NCBI GenBank assembly: GCA_051362555.1
Contig: CM120641.1
Coordinates: 36,400,401-36,464,400 of the forward strand
Direction: 5' to 3'
DNA from: Lingula anatina
Taxonomy: Eukaryota; Animalia; Brachiopoda
DNA length: 64,000 nt
In this document: positions 27,293-41,100 of the stretch, one piece after another
Position numbering within the stretch: the stretch's first letter is position 1
Layout: every line of letters starts with the position of its first letter
The notes under the pieces: model-generated
The model's input: only the letters and a program-made list of their open reading frames with translations
The model's database searches: none
What the model was told of the DNA's origin: nothing
Position numbers and translations under genes: made by a program

Positions 27293-27900
27293 CTCTGTGG
27301 TTTAGGGGTCTGGAAAAGAAAGAAAGCCGGTCAGCGTGTGTATTTACGAAAGTCGGGTCTCCCTTCACAATGGAACGGTCCAATATAAATAAATGTTTCC
27401 ATAGTTAGCAGCTTTAGAAATTGAAGCGAATTTACAGTCAATATCATTTGTACATACCCGTAATAATACTGCAGAAAAACTTGCAAAATCCCCTGGGGAG
27501 TTGCGAGAATTTGGTTAGTTATACAGCTACTCCCTTCTCACCGTTCAGATCCCCGCCTGTACCACAAGGAACAAATGATATAGCCGAAGTGCTCAATAAT
27601 TATGATGCACATGCGCGTGATGCCGGGTAAACCACAAATATTCACTCATATAATCAACAGTATTCTCCATAAAATCGCTATAATATATACATTTTGTGCA
27701 CAGAAATTATGTATATTATTCCGTCATAGCTTTGATTACATTGATTATGTGGATACATTATACGAACTACTTTTTTTACCATATAGGTCAAGGATACATG
27801 GACGGTAGCAGGTGCGATCACGTGGCCATTCAAATTTTATGATGTCATTATAAACCAATCAAACGACTCTGGTAGCTTTCATTCATGTGATGCACGTGTC
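27293..27900 (-). promoter_or_regulatory. Lgl 5' UTR and proximal promoter region
   Basis: The ATG exon is preceded by a strong acceptor (gctgaccggctttctttcttttccag, exon start 27309), implying an upstream non-coding exon; candidate donors at 27458 (gtatgt) and 27542 (gtgaga). The region is locally CpG-richer, with an NRF1-like TGCACATGCGCG (about 27606), CACGTG E-boxes (about 27819 and 27893) and CCAAT (about 27855). Confidence 0.5.
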
Positions 27901-30129
27901 GTTGTAAACGCAAAAAAGAATGAAAAGCGATTATGACCTACATCTTATGTTATTTAAAACAAATATCTTAAAATATAACTAACATTTATATGGAAATATC
28001 TGTGAAAAATAACTCACCAATTCAGTTTTTCTTGACACTTTTAAGATTCTAAAAAATCTTTAAAATGCAAAACCTTGCCATAGCCTGCATTTCATACAAA
28101 TGGGCCTGCTAACTATCATCATTTTAGAAACCGAGGGCTATATGTCATAAAAGGCCTATTTCCAAAAATGTTTGAGCGAGAGAACTTTGCTGATAACTGA
28201 CTTTGCTTTGACTTAAAATACTTTTAAAATGGCAGGAGAGACCATAAAATATGTAATTCTTCGCGTAGGCCTACATGTAGCCTACGTAGACCTAGCCTAC
28301 GTAGACCTAGGCTATCACCGTCAGAGCAGATCAGATATATCATCTAGATACAAAGGCCATTTAGGATATCAGAAACACACATTATAATGTAACTTTTTGA
28401 ACGGCACTCTTGTTAACATCTCGTTTATTCACATTAAGGTGAAATTGTTCATTTATCTATTTAGGCCTATTCCTATACTTTTTTTATTATTTTGTAATTT
28501 TACGCATATGCCAAATTAACGTTTTTCTTAAAACATCGATAAGGTCTATAACGCAAAATAGGCTTCGATTCAATAGACTTCGGATTAGGCCTAATATCTA
28601 TTTTTAGCTTTTAAAATGGGTTTGATTGAGCTTTTCTGTGCACTGGCCCGGTTTTGTCTTTGTGGTTAATTCAATTCTATTACGGAGTAGGTACATATTA
28701 GTTTAACATCGAAATCCAACCAGAGATTTTTGTGAAAAGCGTTTTCCATCAAATGATTTTTTCAATGACCATGCATCTGGACGATTTTGATAAATTGTCT
28801 CTCGTGTGATTATCTTCTAAAATTACCGACCGGTAGGCTTACTTCGGCAAGGAAAAAGGGAATTAAGTTTAGAATTACCGCTGGTTTGGCGTTACAGGAT
28901 ACTGTTAAATCCCATGAACCTAGAGCAAGAGGGGAAAGACAGGACGAAGACTACACAGAGTAAAGACTAAGAAGACAAAGATAGAAGTAGCCGAAAGAGA
29001 GAAAATTGAACTGAAAGTATTGGGAACAACCTGAAAGCAGGTGTCGTTATTAGAACGCATAGACAGCACAGCATGCAGAAAAAGGACTACAATCTTTGGA
29101 GAAAACTTTATATTCCTGTGACTTAAAACTTTTAAAGTATAGTCCTTTCAATAGCACAAGGTCGTCTCCACAACTTTTGCGTGCGTCATTGGGACTGTGC
29201 AAATTTAGATGCAATCTTACAAATAACTAGGCCCCGAAAAGCAGGCAAAAAGAAATTTCAAAGAACGGGTTGAGAACATTGGGAAGCATCTAGCATTGGG
29301 CCTAATTAAAAATAAAATACAGGTATAGATCAAATAGTAAACAATGATCCAGCGTTGGTTTTTTAGATTATAATTCATTTTTCGTCGTATGTGGATGGTA
29401 GGTATAAGCAAAATTGATCGAAACAGATACCGTACGAAGCATCAGTTATTTCAGGGAGAGTCTGTCCAGTCAGGGAAACAAAGGAAAGTTGGGAAATTTA
29501 ATCAAAACATTTAAGCTAGAGTCCCAACAACTGCAGAGCCTTTGTTTTCTGCACGGACATTATTGATTTCCTTACACCAGATCCACTTTCCAGAAAGCTT
29601 AGCGTTTGTTCCTACAGTATATTGTTGCAATGTCACTAATGGCCTTTCTTTAGGTTCGCTTATGAATTCATAATTTACACATAATGGATGTGAGGCAGAT
29701 GTCCTTTCTTGTGGTCATTTGGTGTACCGGGGTTTACACAATGTTTGAGTCTAGAAATAATCAATAGTTCACGACCGTCTGTGTTGACACATATGCTTTT
29801 AGTCGGACCACTTGGAACAACATTGTTAAATGACATGGTCTCTTGACATTTCAAAAACGTTGTCTTTCCGAGTTATTCAACTTGTCTGATCTTACAGAAT
29901 ACCAATTGTAAGTGTGATAAGAGTGAAAAAACGTAATCAAAAACCCATCTTACTTATTGATCTTGGATTTGTGCCTCGTAACTGACCGATAGAAAACAAA
30001 TTTAATGGCGTTTTTATAATTTCTTTATTAAATGAGTTTAATGCTGACAGCTTTTAACTTTAAGCAAAAGGGAATAAAACAATCTAAAACATGTTGATCG
30101 GCACATTACATTTTTTTTTACTTTAAGTT

Positions 30130-30132
<3 letters not shown>

Positions 30133-30173
<41 letters not shown>

Positions 30174-30186
30174 GTTGTTGTTGTTG
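30133..30186. repeat. (ATT)n(GTT)n compound microsatellite
   Basis: About 13 ATT units followed by GTT units. Confidence 0.9.
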
Positions 30187-31346
30187 TTTTTTTTATTTGC
30201 TGTTGTCTTTTTATAACTGCCAGTTCCATAGTTTGGTTTTGCAACTGGAGTACAACAAACTTTTGGATTATTAACAGAAATTATAGTTTTGACAGTACTG
30301 TGCAGAACAGTTCCACTTGTATTCTCAAAAGTCTCAGTGAGGGAGACTTGACGTTGTCAACTAAACTCATAGGTTCAAAATGTTTTATTTAATTTGTATT
30401 GACAATTCTAGATTTAACCATGAAAATGTATCTAAAAGAAATAACTAATAATTCAATCCCTCATTTTTTGTTTTTTGATTTATCATTGTTAATTGTTTTC
30501 TGTTATCAATTACCAATGTCCTTTCAACAACCTGCGTATTAAACAAGGGGTCTACGTGTGATGAACCTAGCAGTGTGAACACAGATGAAAACTGCAGATC
30601 AATACACTCATCATTTTATCTTATTTATCTGATAAGACGGTCCAAGGGATTTCAAAATTACTCATTTCTGATTACTACTGGGGACAGGTTGCCTATTTGA
30701 TATCAATCATTTGGAACAAATGTTGAATTATTAAGTTTGATGTTTTCCTTCACATTTTACTGTTGTACCTCCAACCCTGTTTGATATCAGTGGTCATTTT
30801 GGAAAAGCAATTAAATTAAGAACAAATATGTTATTCAAGCTTGTTCTGTCAAGTTTGGCAAAGGCTGTAACTTTGAAATGTGCTTATTTTATGATTGAAA
30901 GAAAAGCCTGACCAAGACTGCGCCCTAATTTGACCTGAAAAAGAGTAAAGGGTCTCCCTGTATTGAAATAGTAATGTTGGTATTATCTAAAACTTGGTCA
31001 GTTCTGATATGTGGTTTTCAAATAATCTATATCAATGGGTCACCAGGGAGATCCATGTCAACACTACATCTCTTATATCTCGCGTATGTGGTTATACGTT
31101 GCTCTCTTATTGAAATGATTCAAAGGTAAACAGATAGGGATAACATGCATTGAATGCTGTTACAAATTAAAAACCTTACTTTTGTGTTATATTTGGAATC
31201 CACATGGCCCAGACCAAGTCCCCAAAACACAATTATAACTCCAAATGAAAATATCATATATGGTCTTTTAATGAATGGAATGAATGGACTGACATTTCAA
31301 CCTCTCTTCAGAACATAACAACTGGGATGAACTTTAATAGGATGGT

Positions 31347-31352
31347 TTTATT
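31347..31352 (-). terminator. Candidate polyadenylation signal of Rab11-FIP
   Basis: AATAAA on - about 2.3 kb after the stop at 33695; intervening sequence is AT-rich and UTR-like. Confidence 0.35.
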
Positions 31353-33694
31353 GGTGAAAGACAGGGATGCCAATCTTTTTTTCCTGAATGTTTAACATAT
31401 AATATACACACTGTTCAAATAAGTACGAAGAATGAAAAGCATTATTTTAGTGCATAACAGACTTTTATATGAAAATAATAATAATAAATAAATAAAAATT
31501 AATAATGCTTTAATTTTTACAGTCCTGATCACTCCTTACTTCCAAATTTGATGAAAATGTATTTTTCCAGATATGCTGCAACATTATGGAATAGTTGAAA
31601 GTACTTTTTTTTGGTAATGATGATAAACAACTATCTAACAACTTATTTCCATTTAGCAACAGTCTTTATCAAAAATATTTATAAATTAGGACAAGCAATA
31701 GCATTCCGTTTTGTTGTAAATTAAAAACAAATGACACTTGAATGAATCACCCAAAGATGTAGGTAATGAGATCTTGATTCGGTGCTTAATGAGCAGAAAT
31801 GCTTATCAAATTAGCATTTCTGAAAAAAATGCACATTAAAAACCATTTTCCATGCAATCAGTAACCTGATATCTACTCCATTAAAACTTTCTCATCAACT
31901 CTTACATTTGAAGTTACATGATACAGTATCACACACTAAATATCACACCCACACTCACATAAGCTTAAAATCATACATAAAACTGTTCTACCAAATGACT
32001 GATGTTGCTAAAACTCAGCAATAAATTACTAGAATTGAATAAAACTTGTATATACATAAATATTCATATAGCACCCCTTTCTAGTAGCTTATATATACAA
32101 ATATAATCATACAGGTTTATATTGTAAATAAAATGAATGAATGTCTGTTAATGAAACTTAGCAGCCATGCTGCCAAATACATATTTAGTATTATATGAAA
32201 GATTTTTGTAACAATCACTTCACCGTTTCACTTGTTCAAATCAGTCATGTTACTAGTGCTTTGGCTACAGACGCCTATTAAAAGTACCATTCAATTGAGA
32301 TATGAGAAACAGGTTGAGAGAGTAAAATTACCAAATTTACTGAAAAGGTTGCACTGCAATATGTGGTGCAAAGTTTTCTAAACATTTACCAAAATCACTA
32401 GCAATTTATGGCAAAATATCAAAAAATCTCTGACAATGCATACACAGAAAACTTTGTATACAGCAAATAAATGAAGTGAAATTGAAATCCATAATGGCAG
32501 TAAGAGTGTATCTGTTTTGTAAATATACTCTTTTATGTGGCAGCTTTCAAAATCTACACTTAGTAAAAGAGAAACATTTCTCATTATCAAAAGAGGAATC
32601 AATGACAAAAACACAGACAAAAGTAGCTTAATGTATCAAAACACACGAGTGTCTGTGCTTGAATATGTTTACTTTTTCCATGGGAAAATATCAGAAACTC
32701 AATGGCAATAGTATAATATCTCACTGCTGTTGCTTACATGAAAATATTTCACAAGCCATGTGACCCAGACAGATATCATACATTAGTATTTCTAACACCA
32801 AGAAAATTGCCTATAGATTATTAGTTACCATTAACTTGTGTTTTCTCACAAGAAGTTGACTCATAGTTAGTGCTGGATTGAGGTTAAATTGAGCTTTTCA
32901 ACTGTGTTCCACCTCAGCAGCTTTTGCTATGCTTCACTGACAGTGCAAATTACACAGCATAAAAATAGACCATGTAACGAAGCAATCTGGTATGAAAATA
33001 ACTGTTCTGCACTTGGAATGTAGGCAATCACCGACATAATCTGGACGTGAAATTAAAATAAAAATCTAGGGCAATAATAACTTGAAGAACTATAATCTTC
33101 TCTTTTTGGCCCTACATTTCAAAAGTACCCCAGTGATATGGTGCCCAGGGAATGCTGCGCAGGTCACAGAAAGCCTTTCAATGAAGCAATTTACACGTAA
33201 TGCACATGGTTCATTGATATGTTCTAATCCTTTCTGTTCAAGTCACCTGGAGTGTGGTTATCACATCAATAGGCCTGTGTCTAGGCTGGCAGGATGCACA
33301 GAAGCAATCAAATAGAATACACTTTCCAAAGTAATGCAATACCTAATGGCTTTCATTGTTGAGATGGGATCTCTTAGACTGATAAGCACTAAGTATTGAG
33401 CTGTAATCCGTACATCATTGATACAAAAATGAGCCATTATATCACTTGTGTGCTTATTTTGCCAATTTCTTTTATATGTGTGATCTAAAAAACCAAGGTG
33501 GTTGTTGGTGTATTGATCTAATTCTGTGAAATATAATCTCATGTCTTTTTTAAATGTCTTTTTTGTTGATATGCCCTACAAGTTTGCCACATCTTTTACC
33601 ATTTGCAACGGACTGTATAAATTCAAAATCCTTCTCCAAGTCCCAGTAAGGTGGCATCACTTGAAATGTTAAATGACTGCTTTGGTTGCTGTCT

Positions 33695-35116
33695 TCATTT
33701 TTTCGTTGGCTTGATTTCCAATATGGATGGATTGTTCTCAATTATAGACAATAACACCCTATCTACATATTCCCTCAGTGCAGAATTGACATCACGTTGG
33801 TCTTTCAAGGCTTGCATAAGCTGAAACACCAAAGGAAAATAAAAGTAAATTTTAAGTAAATCGCTTAAAGCAGGACCCTTAACAGAGTAGATCAACTACA
33901 GTTAAAAGAGTGGACTGAAAATACTGTTATTACAAAATTCAAATATCTAAAATGCATTTCAGAAAATTTAATACTAAACAAGAGCTTACAACACAACCAC
34001 AACAAGACTGAATTTCAACAGTCTATTTTCCCTATAAAGGGCAATCTCTTTTTCTGAAAGAGCAAACTTAAAGGAAATAAAAATCCAATTATCAATATTG
34101 ATCTTGAGTTGATAACCTTAATTACATAGAAATATATCACACTTCTCAACATCTTTGTAGAATAGCAGTATCAAGTTACAACTCAAAGACTAAAATGAAT
34201 TATCTCGTTCAATTAAAACATTGACATATTGACTGCTCATCTTCAATAACAGTAAGAGAAATGGCAGGTGGACACATAAAGCAAAGGGACAAAAATCAAT
34301 GTTGCCAAGATGGTGTCTGAGAGATGTCTTACAAGATATCTAATGTTCTCTCTCTCTCTCTCTCCTCCTCCTCCTAAAGGTATACTATCTGCATTTCAAA
34401 ATATCCCAAAGTCATGCTTTCTACATCTATATATCAGTCAAAGAGGGATAAGCTCTCTTCACACTGTGTTATTATACTGCTTCAAGTTCTCTTAAAGCAA
34501 ATCTCTCGGTGTGTACACCTTATGACAGTAACATACAGATTTGATATTTATTTTAGCTGACAAGCCAGAGGATGTAAACTGGTACCTCACATACACACAA
34601 TAAAGGTGATATAAGGGTAGGATTAGTGAATCAGATTACCACTTTAATACCTCATCATTCCAATCAAAATTCATTATTTAGCACGACTGGCTATCTGACA
34701 AAGATTACTGAGATAAAACTGTGGTATAACCACAAAATGTAAAATGTTACTAATTGGCTCTTGAGATGAAAAATGTGCATGCACACTGAGGAGTCCACAC
34801 TGACGAAACAACTACTTGAGTTTGTTTGCTTACATGCTCACTGCTATAGAGATTTTGTTAACTTTAAACCACACCCTTTTCTTCTGTCTCATTCCCTAAT
34901 ATGAAATTTACAAGGACTCTAAATATCATTTGAAAATTCCAAAAAAATGTATATACATAGGGATGAAACTGCCTTTTTGTGAGAAAGATTGATAATATGA
35001 CATGGGGTCCAGACCTCCCCCCCCTTTCTTTACAACAGATCTGCATTGATCTCAAAAATGATAATTTTGGCTCCCAAAAAGTCGGAAATCTGCCAATAGT
35101 TGGAAAAATCTCATCC

Positions 35117-35197
<81 letters not shown>

Positions 35198-38100
35198 ATT
35201 ATTATTTTTTTCAAGAAAACATTCTTTATCCTCACCTCATCTTTGGACAGTTCCTCAATCTCTGCTGCCAGTGACTGTCCATCTCTGGTTCCATTCAGAA
35301 GACTCTGGCCCTCAGCTATCCTATGATGCATCACTTGGGCACTCAGGTCATCGTTTACTTCATGGAGAGCTTTGTTTTCCTGGAATATTAAACATATCAT
35401 TAAAATATATCACAAAGGAATTCTTCAAACATTAACATGTATATTAGCTTATACTGAGACATTAAATTAATCAAATTCAGCAATTTCAAATTCATTTATT
35501 TAGTTTTTCCATATGGTTTAATTTCACATAATCAATGCAATCAACTGGGAAATATTTGTAAATATATGGAATTGAATGTTATATTAAATAGTTTCATCTT
35601 TTTACTTTGGAGTGACATTAGCTTTGTAAACATGCAACTTTTCAGTCAAGTCTGTTAAGTACACATTTGGATCATTTATACAGGAAGCCAAGAACACATG
35701 TGGCATGTGTTTTTTTAAGATAAAGACTTTTTTTAACTTTTCTAGGTAAAAAAGCAGTTCCAATGCCTGACTTCCTAATTACAGAACAAAGAAGCTATTG
35801 GGTTCATTTAGTACACTATCTTAAAGAAACCAGCCAGCTACACCTGACACTCTAAATTACCTGCATATGGCAGGTGAAAATTACGTAAGAAATTGTGTCC
35901 ACTTTGTTCATTGGGACTATGATTGATTGGCTGGGACTGGTCATCCAGCCACTTAATTATCTTTCCAATGGACACAATTGAGAACTTAAAGTGCCTCTCT
36001 ACCTGATCACCATAATTCTTATTATGAATTATCTATTGTTTTAATTATTCACATGACAATATTGTTGTACACCCAGTGAAATGAGTCACGTAATAAAACC
36101 AGCATAGTATTTCATGCAGTCTATCCATGTCTAGCCACACAATTACTTAACACATGCATGCAAACCAGAGACAGGTTAAACATTTGATGAACAGTCAGAG
36201 AAGAGGGCATGATATAACTGACCCATATCTATTTCATAACAGAGCATGTTACAAATCCTAGTTATTCCTGCAATAATCAGGGGGAAATCCACTTCCAACA
36301 GTAATTGTTTTCTCTATTTGTCTCTCTTATTAAAGACATATAGTGGCACCACCATCTTATTCTTGTAGTTGTTTTTATTTTTTCTGTTTTTATTTTTTTT
36401 CTTTCAAAAAGAGAATGTGGGCAACTTCTGATCTATGTAAAATTTATGTAAAGGCAATAGATTAGCCATAAAATAAAAACCCAGGTGTCCGAAAAAGTGA
36501 CATAATTAACCACAGCATGAAGATATTATGTTACACCATGGCATAATCATATACCTCTGTTTTTGTCTTCATAAACAATTTAAACATTAGCATTTAAATG
36601 TGCCTTTTCCAACCTGACAGCTGCACTTTAACATATAATACCAGGGCACATAAAACCTGCCACAAAATGACAGTGATAAATAAGTTCAAAGTTACATGTA
36701 GAGCAAGCATGGTTTTCTAGTAATGCATAACCACCACTTCAACCAGTTTCTTATATGACTCAAATAAAGTCAACATGCCACAGGATAAACTGAATTAATC
36801 ACTCAATCAGCCTTAAAAGAGTTTTAAAACCACAATTCCTTCAAATATTTAGTCCCAAACTAAACTACTCATCTGCCTTATTTACATAAAGCACAGAAAG
36901 AAAGCAAAAAACGTCCCTTCAAATATTATTTTTTGGTTAATTTGAGAGACGTCCTTTGGTATTTCTCCAAGGTATACTGTTAGAAACAATATGGTGGCAT
37001 TTGGTGGGCTTTTGTGGCAAAAAATAGAATTAAAATACATCTTTTGAGTGTCCACTGCTGTGCTGGTAGTAAGGACAGCTGTGCTGAAAACTGGATTTGT
37101 ATTCAATACATGTTCTATTCTAATTAAAGAGGTAACTATTGGTAGACTGTAAATAGATGAAAAAGAAAAAATGCTGTATTCTCCAGAAAAAAATTCTATT
37201 TTACTGAAGATTATGTTTTTATGCTTTGCAGGTAGACTCAAACTACTGGATGAAGATGAACAGCTGAAAAACAAGCTTGTACAGGTTCAAAAAGTGATTT
37301 ATTGAAAATATAATAACTATAGCTGAGGCTTACTATAATGACAGTGTTTTATTTAATTTCTTTAAATAAATAATGCCTGTGACTAAAAAAGAATGACTTA
37401 CTTCTTGGAGTCTATGTATTTCATTTTCCAATTCTTTGGTTATTCCTCCTTCTGTCTCTGAAAGACTGGAAGATCTGTGCAACTTCCACTTCTCTGCGTC
37501 TTGTTTATACCGTCTGAGATCATCTACTTCTTTACTAAGTTCTTCTATCATCTACAAACATGATGAAAAATTTTTGCAAAATTTTCTTGTATCTAAACTA
37601 TGACTGAACTTAATATAATGCTCTCCTGCAGTGACAACATTTTAGTAGAGAAAGTACACACGTCCTTTTAATTGCATAAGCTAGTAAATTTTTTTTAAAA
37701 TCTAAGTTCAGAGATAAGTCACATGAAAAGACTGTTCAAGCTAGTGTAAAGAATTATTCATATTTCATTTAACTGTTTTTGCACAACTTGCATTTATTTA
37801 ATTCTTAATCCGAACTAAGTTCAAAAATGAGAACAGTTAAAGAATAAAAAAAAAACACTGCACTTCAGCACTAACCTGGGCACTAACACTTCTTTCATGC
37901 TCAAATTCCTCTTGTCTGAGTTGATATTTTTCCTGCAGTCTTTTGTAATCCTCTAGTAAGCTTGTGTAAGCACCCTGACTTTCAAGAAGTTTATCTTCTA
38001 AGTCTTCTTTATCCTGGAAAAAAATCATAGTTTTCTTAACAGTCTAAGGCATGACAGTATAAACTAAAAAAGATAAAATTCAGGATGAACAAGTTAAAAT

Positions 38101-41100
38101 CTTTGTAACAAGTACTTATAATATGAACAACAATCCCTTCTTGATAATGAATAATACCTAATAGATAATATAAACACTTCAATCTTAAGAAGTAACAAGA
38201 ATGCATTTACCTTTACAAGGAATCTGTCAAAACATATTTTATGTTAACAACTGACATGAATGCAATGCTTGCAGACTCGAATCTAATCCAAAAATGTTTC
38301 TTCTGCTTGACAAGTAAAAAGAAAGAAGAAAATGAACTCTGAATCACAAAACCTTTTCTAAATACCTGACAATTCCCAATGTTCACTGTTCCATGGAGTC
38401 TTTGAATTCATCTCATCTCTAAAAAGGTGCCAAGTAATTACACACAATGAGTCCCTGCGTGACATGAATGTCTGTCACAGAAATGTGCATGTTATTATAC
38501 TTTATTACTTACCCTTCTTAATCTCTCTAATTCTACTCGTAACCTAGGAGCCTCTTCCTTGGCCTCTTGATATTCTTTTTCTACATGCTGTAACCTGAAA
38601 CAAGTAGAACAATCGCTTTGTAATTTTCTTACAAAATTCCAAAGTAAAAAGATGATTATGATGAGGATTAAAGGCAGGACCATCAAGGGATCTGCTTTGC
38701 AAAATAATAGCATTGTTAGCATAAGATTTCCTATAAAACATGTTTTCCCATCATTATACATGCCAGGATTAAAACTTTGTTTTTTTTAAATCAAACAATC
38801 TTGAAATCATATCCTTACCTAAGATTCAGAGATTCAATCTCTATGGACCGCTCCCGCTCGGCCCTGGCCTACAATATCGAATTAACAAACAATGTTCAAA
38901 TCTTCCACCAGTGCAACTTAAAATGCAATCTGAAACCTCACTTTAAAACAAACGGGCAAATTCAAAGAAAAAGATCAGCATCTTGAATGCATTAATGAAC
39001 TCTTATTGACATAAGATCAGTTAAACTGGATAACTTGAAATATTCCTTGAGTGTATATGGTGCGACTTAAAAAATACATTTCTTCTACTTTGTTGTTTAA
39101 AGCTATGATATACCTAAAGTAGGTCACTGCTTAAAAACAAGACTGACAAACTATATCACAGGCCAACAGTTAGTGTGCTCAACAGTCAAAACAGTTACTT
39201 TTACCATTTGTTCTTTGTATCTTCGCTGTTCTTGAGTTAGCTGGGTGGCAGACTTCACTTCAACATCTCGGAGTTGTTCTTCTAGTTGATGAACTCTGCA
39301 GGAAAAAAAAAAACAATAAAATTTAAGATAAAACTCTCCACAAACACAGGTATCAAGTGATTTCCTCTAACTGCATAGTTTTATTTACCATAGGTCTGAA
39401 AATAGGAACAAACTGAAATTCCAGCATGAAGTCACCAACAGTGTGTCATGGAATATTTTACTCTTAATTTCAGTCTTGACTCTTTGAGGTCTTGAAGAGT
39501 TTACAGTTCTTTATTAGGTTTCTTTTCCATTGTCATAAAAATACAGCTAAAAGGAGAAAAATGTATGTTATTTTATCATAACATCCCCTTTTTTAAATAT
39601 TTTTTTTTGAAAAATAAGTCACATACATTTTATACAAGCTTCCAATTAGCAAAGAAACCCTTAACTAAATAATAAGGCCAAACCTCTGAACAAAAAAAAA
39701 AAAAAAAAAATTAGATTACAATGTCAGATCTTGAGAACATTCAAACTAACTTGGCTACAAGTCATCTGCTTGTAATGAAATAATATGAATTATGTTTTGT
39801 GTCTTGAAACATGTTTTAGACTTGCTGATCTGATAGGTTCTTTCAATCATCATGTCATGCTTGAAATAAATATTAATTCAATGAGAAAGCCATTTACTTG
39901 TCATGCCATAAGCAGATGAGCAATGTTTTTCAAAAGAAAATAGAATGGGATTAATACCTTTCAGGACAGACATAAATATAAAAAAACAAATACAATTTTT
40001 CCATACCATTTAACTAAAGAATATTGAGACTAAAATCAATTAACATTCAATACATTCAGAATAGCTGTTGGCAGGATACATAACCATTACAGTAGGAGAA
40101 GGGATGGATGGCTACATGACAAAGCATACATGAATACACATACACATGATTACTCTTTCTTTTGTCTAAATTAGGGGATAACTTACTTGACTTCAATCCT
40201 ATGTAAAGAATTTTCATAAAAATAAAAAATCATAGTTACTGCTACTGCAAATATAGCTTTGGTTTTTTTGCTCATCATGTCATGGCCAATTTTTGTACAA
40301 TCCCCTTAAATTATTAATACATACTCAGAATATTTAATAGAATCAAGACATCCGCAATGTCAATTAAAACTGACGTAATAAATAATGGTATGAGCCTTGT
40401 AAAAGCTAGCTCAAAAACCTAAAACAACAAGATATGTATTGTTCAATTGTCCAGTAATTTTCATACTTAATATCAAATAATTTGATTTTATGACCAATAG
40501 CAACTTTTTGGTCAATTTGCATATCTTACCTATCTCTTAAAGTTGTATTTTCATCCTTTAACTTGTTGTGTTTGTCGTCAGTTTTCAACTGCCCTTCTGA
40601 TAATAATCCTATCTGAGACTCAAGTTTGCGGATCTGCAAGATATTTTCAATACATTAATTGGATAAAGAAATATAGAAAAAAACCTACATCAACATTGAG
40701 TTAAAACTTAGTCGCACAAACTTTAGATGACATAATGTGGGAAATAATAAAATGCACTTTAGTCTTAGTAAGTCAAACCCAAGAGTTAAAGATGATTAAG
40801 TCAGTCATCTGAAATCTGAAAAAACAACATGCTTGGGCAATATTCTACCAACCTTTTCATTTAGTTCATCAAAGTTGCCATCAATATCATCAAATATTTC
40901 ATCTGAGTGAGTGCTGCTGTTGTACAGATTACTGTAAAATAAACAGACATGACATTTAAAGCTTTAAAACATGAGCAAATCAACTGCATGAGAATGGCGC
41001 CGTTTTCACGTTAAAACATGCACAAGTAGTGCTTACAATATCTCAAATGAATACACAAGAAATCATTCCATTTGAATCAGCTACCACTGTCATCTTCCCC

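Noticed and set aside
28914-28970. Short purine-rich ORF MNLEQEGKDRTKTTQSKD on +
   Set aside because: Only 18 codons, with no splice support or recognisable homology.
34864-35435. 178-aa ORF with (CV)n and opposite-strand (HT)n ORFs
   Set aside because: A real FIP exon (35236-35379) reading through into a microsatellite and MITE; a proper GT donor closes the exon.
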